Shown here one piece after another: positions 37,473 to 48,400 of a stretch of 62,820 nt of DNA. Position 1 is the first letter of the stretch. Each line of letters begins with the position of its first letter. Source of the stretch: Chiloscyllium plagiosum. Lineage: Eukaryota. The position numbers and the translations under genes are program-made. Location: the NCBI RefSeq assembly GCF_004010195.1, contig NC_057719.1:64297218-64360037 (forward strand), given 5' to 3'. Below the pieces are notes generated by a model. The model saw only the letters and a program-made list of their open reading frames with translations. It was not told the origin of the DNA and searched no databases.

Positions 37473-39909
37473 ACTTGGAGAATCATGAGGGCAAAAAGAA
37501 TTGTAATTGCTACCTCAAAAACATTTGCCATGAAATATTAGATTTAAGAACAAAAAAGGAAGAGAAGGAAATCTCAAAAATTCTGTAATGGATATTGTAC
37601 TATCATTTTGCTATGTGACCTGAAGAAAGCTTTACTTTTTAAAATTCAAATAGAAAAAGCAATTGCTAAGCTCTTTTCTACCCCTCCCCATGTGCAGCAT
37701 TCTGATTTTGGATGTATTTCAAGTTAACTGGTTGGGTAAGTCATAAGGCTTCTGTGAGACAAGAGTTGACTACACAGGTGATTGGAGTATGACACTGTAA
37801 ATAACTGGCTTGATGTTGGCAGAGCTCTTTAAAAGAGTGGAGGTTACTAACACATTAACTTGGCCAAGTTAATTATAATTTCATGTTTTGTGGTTGTGGT
37901 CAATGTTGCATAGACTCAACTCTGTTTGGTTTGACTTACCCAGTTAGACTGATTTAACCAATTCATTTTCACAGAAAGCCTGATGCTGCTGTACATTTAC
38001 CAATGTGATTTGATATATTTCATTGAAACCTGAGCTTCGAAGGGGAACAATACATGCCCCACTTCTTCTTTGCATTTGCTAAAGTCACTTTTTGGAGTGT
38101 GAGCACCATCTCCTTCAAGTTGTTGAGCAAAAGTTTATAAATGTCAGCATCACAGTCAGCGAAATGTTTCACTGATGAAGTTTCATGATATCCACTTGTC
38201 AGTCAGCAGCTTGTGAATTCCACTTGCACCTTTAGATAAGACACAAAGGTGTTCAAATAAAAGCAAGATTTTCCTCCCCTTTTGATGCTGTTTTCTTCTG
38301 CTTAATTTCTTAAGGTATCGACTTTTCACTGTGTACTGTTCCATGGTGCCTGCGAACCACTGGTATCTCATGCTGATACTCCATATCTAACCTGAGCTGT
38401 TGAATGTCAGCTGACTATGCCATTATGGTCCCAGCACAGCCTGATGTTGTCCTCCCAAACTCTCCCCACAGCAAATGATGGTCGAGTCACTAAGTAGTGG
38501 AAACCCTTGGCCTTTTCCTGACAATGCTTCAACCCAGTGATCTTGTGAAGTTACCTGAAGAACATCTGTCATCCCAGTCTACCAAGGCTAAATCAGCACA
38601 AATCTGAGTTTTTTGTTCACACAGAAAGTACCACTTTGCTACACAGTGTCAAATGGATTTTGAGGTTAAGTTGTTTTCATAGTCAAAGTTGGGTTTTTTT
38701 GTATATAATTTGCAGATAGAGAAAATTCAATGGTAATGAAGCTGTTAATTTGAAAATAGTTTGTCACTTTTGAGATTCAATTTGAAAGACCAGGACATCT
38801 TTCTGTTTTAAGTTAAAGTACCTACTTGTGTTAGATTCAAGTACAAAAGCATAACATACATCAGATCAAAAGGTATATATTTTTAAGTAGTAAGTACAGT
38901 TTTTCTATTTCTAACTTCCCATTCGGTAGTACTTGGATAAATAATGGCATGGCAACTAATTTTGTGACATTCATCATGAAATATCATTCTGCAAATTTCA
39001 TTTTGTCAAGCTGCACTTTTGCAGAATATCACCAACTCACAGCTGAACACTGTGATAGTGCAGGCAGATCCCAAAGACTTGCTAGATAAAGATGTGTCTT
39101 GTTTATCCCGACCTGGAGTTGGGTGTTAGGTAATTTGAGTATACTTAAAAAAAAAAATGTCACCTCGGCCTCTCTTAATTGTTCAGATTCAATCGTGACG
39201 GTTTGGTGCTGTACTTACAATACTGGATATGCTGACTTTACATATCAGTGGAGACATTTTGTAAACTTTTCACCAAATTTTCAGCGTCTTTGCTAAACTC
39301 TGAATATCTAATGACTTTTGATATTCTAAATTAATTACTGATTGAAAATGATAGTTTGCCTGCACAAATACTGTAACATAATGTTGCAGCCAACTTGAAT
39401 TAATACAACACATCTATTGGAAATAATACCTTAACTAGTCAGAAAAAAACCCTGCTCTTCTGAATTGATAGAATGACTATGTAACATCGATATCCTTTCC
39501 ATCTGATATTTTCTTTCATTTTGAGAGATGCCTTATTTTTATAACGTGTACAATTTAGACTTTTATATTTGGGAGTTTTAGTTTCTGAGAAATAATATTC
39601 AGTTTAATAAGCATCGCATCAGTCTTGTAAACATTGTAAAAAAAACTAAAACTTGTATTGATGATATGACTGACAATGTTGCATCATGCAGTTACTTATG
39701 TATTTTCATTCATTAATAGTACAATGTATGATATTGTTTGTAAATATTACAATTCACAAATGTGATTATGATCCAGAACTGTAAATATACATAATTTTTA
39801 ATCATATATTGTAATATTGAGGATTCTGTTTAGATAAAGACAAAGTTTGTTGTATTTAGATTGGTACAGGGCTGCATTCACAATTAATATTCAAAATATT
39901 TACAGCTGA

Positions 39910-39915
39910 AATAAA
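39910..39915 (+). terminator. Candidate ZFYVE26 polyadenylation signal AATAAA
   Basis: Ends an AU/TGTA-rich stretch typical of distal 3'UTRs; other AATAAA hexamers exist (e.g. 40265), so the site actually used is uncertain. Confidence 0.4.
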
Positions 39916-40751
39916 TCTTACAGAAGTAAATCTGGGACATGAAAGAAGTGGCGTAGTGCTGTGCAGTACCAAGAGCTTAAATAGTATTATAAATGTTTTT
40001 TCTCTTGGAAAATTGTAACTGTAATTGCTTTAAAGTCATTCTTTTGAAAAGGTGCATAAATGCTGCACATGATTTTTTTTAATTGCTGTAATGTGAAGGT
40101 TTTTATTCAATGGATTGCAAGGATGCCATTATTCCAATCAGTCAGGAAATGGAGGGTTGCCACATTAAGCAAAGCTTTCCTTCAAGCCTCTGATTAGAAC
40201 AAAAAGTTGAGCAAAGTGTACAAATGAGAAATCCCCAGGAAATACCACAGATTTTGAAATTAGAAATAAATAAGATTAATTGCATATAGTTCAGCATTCG
40301 GATTGCCTGTGTAGCCAGTAATTGTGTGTGTGTGTCTGTGTGTTTTTAGGGAGGACTGTGTCGGGATGCTGGATGCAGTAAGCCTCCTCATTAGCTCAAA
40401 CCTTAGTCATGAAAAACAATTCAGACATTTAAATCGAGTTAGGATTTTGGCAAATTCTGATATTAAGTATACATTGAAGTAGAGTTGGATAGTTTTAGAA
40501 GTTTTGTTTTTAAAAGGTTATGCTACTTACGTGAAAGAAATAGTATCCAATTTTAAAATTGTAATGATTAAATTATTAAAAGGTATGACCACCATGTTCA
40601 GTTTCAGTCACAGAAGGCTTCCACAGAATCATAAAAGTGTTACAGCTGACATTGCTTTTTAATGAATTTACTGATAAAAGTATAAAATTGAAAGCAATGC
40701 TTCCTCATTTTATGAAAGGTGGACCTTTCAATGCATTGGAAGTCTATGTAG

Positions 40752-41760
40752 GACATCTCGTCCACATTCCGCACCTCCGCCCTCAGACCCCACCCCTCCA
40801 ACCGTAACAAGGACAGAACACCCCTGGTGCTCACCTTGCACCCTACCAACCTTCACATAAACCAAATCATCTGCCGACATTTCCGCCACCTCCAAAAAGA
40901 CCCCACCACCAGGGATATATTTCCCTCCCCACCACTTTCTGCCTTCCGCAAAGACCGTTCCCTCTGTGACTACCTGGTCAGGTCCACGCACCCCTACAAC
41001 CCACGCTCCCATCCTGACACCTTCCCCTGCCACCGCAGGAATTGCAAAACCTGCACCCACACTTCCTCCCTCACCTCCATCCAAGGCCCTAAAGGAGCCT
41101 TCCACATCCATCAAAGTTTTACCTGCACATCCACCAATATCATTTATTGTATCCGTTGCTCCCGATGCGGTTTCCTGTACATTGGGGAGACTGAACGCCT
41201 CCTAGCAGAGCGCTTTAGGGAACATCTCCGGGACACCCGCACCAATCAACCACACCGCTCTGTGGCCCAACATTTCAACTCCCCCTCCCACTCTGCCGAG
41301 GACATGGAGGTCCTGAGCCTCCTTCACCGCCGCGCCCTCTCCACCAGACGTCTGGAGGAAGAACGCCTCATCTTCCGCTTCAGAACACTTCAACCCCAGG
41401 GCATCAATGTGGACTTCAACAGTTTCCTAATTTCCTCTTCCTCCACCTCATCCTAGTTCCAAACTTCCAGCTCAGCACTGTCCCCATGACTTGTCCTACC
41501 TGCCTATCTTCTTTTCCACCTATCCAATCCACCCTCTTCCCTGACCTATCACCTTCATCCCCTCCCCCACTACCCAATGCTACTTTCTCCCCACCCCCAC
41601 CCTCCTCTAGCTTATCTCTCCACCCTTCAGGCTCTCTGCCTTTATTCCTGATGAAGGGCTTTTGCCCAAAATGTTGATTTTACTGCTCCTTGGATGCTGC
41701 CTGAACTGCTGTGCTCTTCCAGCACCACTAGTCCAGAATCTGGTTTCCAGCATCTGCAGA
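40752..41760 (+). mobile_element. Penelope-like element, 5'-truncated: Zn-finger-like + GIY-YIG endonuclease ORF and terminal repeat
   Basis: ORF 40827..41456 PCHRRNCKTC, NIIYCIRC..C..LYIGET.R..ERFREH, VAQHFN, E..LIF...TLQP.GIN. Confidence 0.92.
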
Positions 41761-43649
41761 TTTTACCTAGTTCAATCTGTTTATTTGGAAATTCTCGAGA
41801 AAGCAAAATGTGAAAATATTTGTTGGAGTTTCATCACAGCGACATTTTTGTTAAAAAATATTTATTTTGCATTTCCTCTCTGCTGGCTTCCCACTGCCAG
41901 CAAGATCTGTGGCACTGAGTTCATTGAAGCCATATGGAAACTGACCGGTTGACATGTCCCTCACCATTTAAACTGTTTGAGAATTAATATATGAATCCCT
42001 TTTTCTGCAAGCAACCTTAATTTCTTCAGGAGTGTGTGCATGCCAAAATGAGCAGGTATGTAATTAGGAGAGGTTCAGTTGGTTATGTAGGTTCTGAGTT
42101 ATTGAAAATTTCACTAATGTATGCCCCTATAACTATTACTGTAAATGAAATTGTCTATTTCCTCCTTTGTCCATAAAAGGGTCTATTATTTAAATCTGGA
42201 TAACAATCTCAGATCACTGGTGTCTTTCTAAGTTTTAAAAATTAAACGTAGATGCTGAAAAAGCTAAGTACTTTAATAGCTCTTGCCTGAGCAATCCAAA
42301 ATTAATTAATTTCTAAATTAAATTTGTCGCTGACATGATACTGGTTTAAAAGATGAATTTTAGAGGTCTGGTAGACCTTATTTGGCTTTTAAATTGGAGC
42401 ACAGCAGAGCTATGATGAATTATGATGTATTGTGAAGCTTTCACTGTCAAGCACTATGCAACAAAGTTTATTATTGGTTTAATATCATTATTCAACATCC
42501 ACATGTTCTCTCTGTTTTACTAAAGTATTCGCTTCTATGGTTTCAGAATTGCACTGTAAAAAGCACTTTAAACTCTATAACTCTCCAACTCGGTTTTAGC
42601 CCTAAATACAAACTGGATGGCAATGTTTCTGTAACTGGACTATTGTAAGCTGATCTTTTCATTTTAAGAGAAGCTTCAGATAACCCTTTAATAATTATTG
42701 TGAATGTTTAAACTCACGAGCTAAAACAGCATACAGCTTGTATATTTTATCAATTTTTGCGAAACAATTAAACTTTGTCTACTAAAATTACAATTGTCTA
42801 AGTGACTACTTTTGGAATTTCAAATAATTTATGACTAATAAAACATAATGGAATCTATATTGTGATTTATATTGGAAATGTACTACGACAGACTGACATA
42901 TATTTAATTGTGCTGTATCTAATGGCCTTCCAGAGCGGTGCTATGTAAGAAAGTGCTTACTACAATTATCAACATCTATTGTAATAATGCCCATAAAGTT
43001 CTAAAAAGTCATGCAAAGCTAAATTTTACAGTGAGCCACATTACATATGTTGGAGGTGGTTCAAATGAGTATTAATCTTTATTGATATCTGGAATATGTG
43101 TATTATCTTACAAGAGTAGGTTAAGCTTGTTCTAAGTGGACTTCAGAAGAGTGAGAAGGTGACTGGACTGAAGTGTGTAAGTCCCTGAATGGTTCTTGTA
43201 AAGTGGAAATGGACAGAATGTTTCCCTTTGGTCCAAAATAGTTGATGCTTATAAAATTAAGAATTTTTAGCACAGAGACAAAGTATTTCTTCTGAGGCTC
43301 ATGTGACTTTGGAACTCTGTCTACCTCGACCTTAAAAATATATTCAATGATGCCACTGCCTCAGAGGCAAGAATATCACGAATTGTCATGAGTAGGTGGA
43401 AATGTGGAATTCAAAACAAACAGATCAGCTCTGGAGTGAGCTTGAGAAGCTTCTGTTGTGTATGTTCATATTAAATATTAGGGTATATTACCAAAATCTT
43501 GTGAAAGAGGTAGGTTTTACAAAAAGACTTTAATTTATATACCACATTTTGTGACACCTAGAATTCCAAAATGGTAATGTAGTCACTGTTACAGGAAACA
43601 TTACAACCAATTTATGCACAAGCTCTCTTATACAATAATTATTTTTAAA

Positions 43650-44790
43650 TGGATGTAAATTTGCTCACTGAGCGGGAAGGTTTGTTTTCAGACATTGTCA
43701 CCATACTAGGTAGCATCATTAGTGTGCCTCCGGTGAAGCACTGGTGGTATGGCCTGGTTTTTATTTGTGTTTGGTTGGTAATGTCATTTCCTGTTCTTTT
43801 TCTCAGGGGGTGGTAAATAGGATCCAAGTCAATGTATTTGTTGATGGAGTTCTGGTTGGAATGCCATACTTCTAGGAATTCTCATGCCTGTCCCTGTTTG
43901 GCTTGTCCTAGGATGGATGTGTTGTCCCAGTCGAAATGGTGTCCTTGCTCATCTGTATGTAAGGATACTATTGAGAATGGATCATGTCCTTTTGTGGCTA
44001 GTTCATGTTCATGTATCCTGATGGCTTGTTTTCTGTCTGTTTATCCAATGTAGTGTTTGTTACAGTTATTGCAAGGTATTTTGTAAATGACATTAGTTTT
44101 GTTTGTTGTCTGTATAGTGTCTTCCAAGTTCATTAGCTGCTGTTTTAGTGTGTTGGTGGATTTGTGGGCTACCATGATGCCAAGGGGTCTGAGTAGTCTG
44201 GCAGTCATTTCCGAGATGCCTTTGATGTAGGGGAGAGTGGCTAGGGTTTCTGGATGCGTTTTATCTGCTTGTTGGGGTTTGTTCCTGAGAAATCGGCAGA
44301 CTGTGTTCATTAGGGACCCATTCGTTTTGGATATACATTGTATTGGTGATTTTCCTCTCTTCCTCATTCCTCTGTGCTGCAGTGTGTCTTGGCTCGTTGA
44401 CATAATGTTCTAATGCAGCTTTGTTTTTTGGATGGTGGGATGATTGCTTCTGTAGTTCAGTATTTGGTCTGTATATGGTGTTTTCCTGTCGACACTGGTT
44501 TGAAGTTCCCTATTGATTGTTCGCTCTACTGTGACATCTAGGAATGGCAGTTTGTTGTTGATTTCCTCCTCCCATTTACCACCCCCCTGAGAAAAAGAAC
44601 AGGAAATGACATCACCGATCCAAGGAAACCTAAACACAAAAATAAAACCGGGACATACCACCAATGCTTCACTGGAGATTCACTGACGATGTTACCAAGT
44701 ATGGTAATGAAACGTCTGAAAACAAACCCTCCAGCTCAGCAAGCAAACATGTATCCAGAACCTCAAGCTGAGCTAATATTCTCAAAACTC
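43650..44790 (-). mobile_element. Penelope-like element (second family) with inverted pseudo-LTRs
   Basis: LPFLDV...TDQILNYRSNHP (RT thumb), LPYIKG.SE, NVIYKIPC..C..HYIG (GIY-YIG); 43650-43823 is the reverse complement of 44571-44758. Confidence 0.9.
44679..44720 (+). ncRNA. Minimal type-I hammerhead ribozyme motif in PLE pseudo-LTR
   Basis: TTCA-CTGACGA-T-GTTACCA agta TGGTAAT-GAAA-CG-TC-TGAA: core, stem I (TTCA/TGAA), stem II, palindromic ACGT, GUC cleavage triplet. Confidence 0.75.
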
Positions 44791-45364
44791 ACTACTATTT
44801 CTTTAATGTTGACTGACGATATTGACCAGGATACCAAGGATAACACCTGTTGCTTGAAAGGAGACAGCACCGTCAAGAGCTTTCTGTTTCTTGTCTTCTG
44901 CAGCACTTTGTTATTGCATAATTTTTAAAAAAATTCTCACTTTAAATGTTTACTGCTGGTTTACAATGAAGAACCCAAACTATCTTTCTAAAGCACAAAG
45001 CAATGCTGGTCATTAATGCATGGTCAGTACTATGCAGCAACATGTTAACAGTAATATTGTGCTGAAGCAGTCATTGTTGTAGTTTGATAGTTCACTATCA
45101 TGTATTGGGATATTGACACAGGTGATTTGGAAACCAGAGCAAAATATTAGGTTCCCCTTAATAGCCAAAATCATATGGCAGGAGCAGGCAAGATTTGCGA
45201 TTATAGGTTGATGTTTAGATTGGTGCAGTGACCAACTTCAGAAGCAACAATTTGTTAGTCAAAAAGTTGCACTTTCTGGAGTGTTTTTATAGGAACTATC
45301 AAAAGTAGTTAAAAGAAAGCAGTCAGTTGCTCTTGTTTCCTTCGAATTTCATTTTTTAATTAGT

Positions 45365-45467
45365 TCAATCCCATCGAATCTCCAAAAGTTTGCAGCTGAC
45401 ATCCCATAACTTCCTTGCTGTTTCTTCATTCCTAGCTTGAGGTGCCACAAATGCAGGTCTACAGTCA
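45365..45467 (-). CDS. RDH12: RDH12-like terminal coding exon [34 protein letters not shown]
   Basis: ccacag|T GAC ... TGA; not in the ORF track in this frame. Confidence 0.94.
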
Positions 45468-48400
45468 CTGTGGAGAAAACCAAACACATACAGCAATCCT
45501 GAATCAAAATTGTGGTTGTGTTTCTGAGAAAAATCACAATGTTAAGTGAAGAATGGTTTCCTATAGGAATCAAAGTTAAAGCCAGAGTTAGGTTTGGTGG
45601 ACCTTACTTGCCTGGAAAAAAACTGTAAAAGTTTACTGTACATGTGCAACACTGCATTCTTAATCTGAAATAACTTGCTTCACAAAATTGTAAAATAAAT
45701 ACAATGTTTTAAAAGACTACAATAAAAGGTTTTATGTAATCGGCATGAATAAAACATAGGACTTGGATTTTAAAATAGAAGCAAATGGATTTTAGTTCTG
45801 TGAACACGTTTGACTTAACATTGGGGAAACGAAACATAAACTGGGTGACCGCTTTGCAGGACGTTTACGTTCTGCCTACAAAAAACACCCTGAGCTTCCA
45901 GTTGCCTGACACTTTAACTAATTACCCTGTTCCCTTGCTGAGAAATCTGTCTCGGGCTTGATGCGCTGTTTCAATGAAGCTTGAAGAACAACACCTCATT
46001 TTCCGCTTGGGGTTCCTGCAGCACTTGAGACTCAATAGAGTTCAATAATTTTAGGGCCTGAACGCTCCCTCACACATCAGGCCTTATTATCATATGGTCT
46101 GCCATTACACACTACCTATAGTTAGTCACTAACATTCTCCTAACAGATATTCACTTTTTCAGCCAGATTGTTATCCACTCCTTTGTCCAAATGGCTTCCT
46201 TCTCTTTGGGTTCTATCCCCACTTCATCAACTCTCCACCTTCCTCCTCCTCCCCCCCACCACCCCCACCCCACACACACACCCCAAATATTCTCCATATA
46301 AACTGACATTTTCCTGGCTACCATTAGTTCTGAGGAAGTGTCACTGGACCCAAAATGTTAACTCTGATTTCTCTTCACAGATGCTGCCAGACCTGCAGAG
46401 TTTTTCTAGCAACTTACATTTTGTTTATGAAACTACAGTCAATTATCATAAAAACCCTCTGGCTCACTGTGGTCCTTTTTTCTATTCATTAATGGGATGT
46501 GGATTTTTAGACAAATGGAAACCTGCCATCATCATCACCTAGTCTAGCGTACACATGACTCCAGACCCAGTGAGTCATTGAGATGTACAGCACAGAAACA
46601 GATCCTTCAGTCCAACACGTCCATATCGACCAGATATTCCAACCTAATCTAGTCCCATTTGCCAGCGCTTGGCCCAAATCCCTCTAATCCCTTCCTATTC
46701 ATACACTCATCCAGATGCTTTCTAAATGTTGTAATTGTACCAGCCTCCATCACTTCCTTTGGCAGCACATTCCATTCATGCAACAACCTCTATGTGGAAA
46801 AATTGCTCCTTGGGTCCCTTTTATATCTTTCCCCCTCACCCTAAACCTTATGCTCTCTAGTTCTCCCCGACTTAAGGGAAAAGACCTTGTCTATTTACCC
46901 TATCCATGCCCCTCATGATTTTACAAACCTCAATAAGGTCACCCCTTAGCCTTCAGGTGGACTCTAAACTGTCCTTTGAAATGTTTGGCAAGCCACTCAG
47001 TCAAGGGACAGGCAACAAATTCTGGCTTTGCCACTGTTTCCCATATTCCATGAAATAATTAAAACATTGCTACTTAAGCTTGTTGCAAAACTCTGAACCC
47101 ATTTCCTCCTTCAGGGTTTCTGCAAGGTTGGCATCGCACACTTTATTCCATTTTTTTTTTCCAAAAAGTAGGCCTTGATCGAATTGGCTGTTTGCACTTT
47201 CATCCAAAGTTTCATAATTGAATTTACAAAAGCGATGTGCACAAACCTAAAATGTGTTCCAGAAATCTCTTGCAACTCTTCAGCTACAGCACAGTATATA
47301 CTTGTCTGTGCCCCCTGTTTTGGTGTTTTGATAAGGAATGTCAGAACCTTCCATGCTAAGGACATGATGAACGAGTGCCTGGTGAGTTCGGATTTGACAG
47401 AGCCCGGATGCACAGAATTCACGGTGACCTTAGTGCCTGTGCAAGTAAAGAAAAAAGTGAAGTGTCACTAGTTTATACAGTACCACTTGAAAACCCACAA
47501 TCCAGCTGTCTACTCACTGCCCTAACAAACTGAATCACTGGGAGCTCTTTCAACCATTTCACTTAAAAATGCAAGAGTCTGAGATTTTCCAGTAGTGAAT
47601 CAATGATGTCTAACCTGATGCCTAACTAAATACTACCAATTTTATCCTCTCCACAGGTTTCTGACTGGGATTTGGATTTAATCACTCAGAAGCTGGCTGC
47701 ATTGTGGTACCTCTCCAGATGATCTGTCTTCAACAGCTCAGAGACATATCAAATACCAGGAGAAATGTCCTGAGAATAGCCTAAATTGTGTTCTCAAAAT
47801 GGAGTGAGTAAACTGACCACAAGGAAAGAAAAGAACTGTTAGTAATTAAGTATTTTTCCATATAAAACTTTCTTGCCAGTGGTGCAAAATAAGCCTTAGG
47901 GCTGATTGAAGGGGGTATATAACAATCCTGCCTTTTGTTTTGGAACCTGTGAGCAAAAACTTAAGAGATAAATGAGTTATCAAGTGACCAGGCATGAGAT
48001 AAATCCTGGTGTTTCATTGGTTTAGAGGTCATTCAGGATACTGCCAGAGTTGAGTGAGGTAATGAACGTTACATTCATATTAGTCTGTAGAAGTGAGTTT
48101 CTTTGAAACTTGGTCTTAAATTTTTGGATCTGGTTCTTTCCGTAGCCTTTGGAATAGCAAGCATGGGTTGAGAGAAGGCAGAAAGGTGTCTCCATCAACT
48201 TGTAAAGTGCAAAAGAGCTAGATAGTCTTAATTTTGATTCGGCTTACTATATTTAAAATAGTCCTTGAATGAATTTTGACCATTAGCTGATCAGTGGAGA
48301 CCCTGACCTTACCTACATGTATATATTACTTGTTGGCACCAATGGTATTGTGATCAGGAGTTGGTCCAATAGCCATTTGTTTTCCTCTGTCTTGCACCAG

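Noticed and set aside
38165..38195. Other CTGATGA matches as hammerheads (also ~5977, ~12187, ~60348)
   Set aside because: No stem II followed by GAAA and no stem I pairing
40827..41456. 209-aa GIY-YIG ORF as a domesticated host gene
   Set aside because: No ATG start or splice evidence, 5'-truncated, and a decayed sister copy lies at 57880-58800
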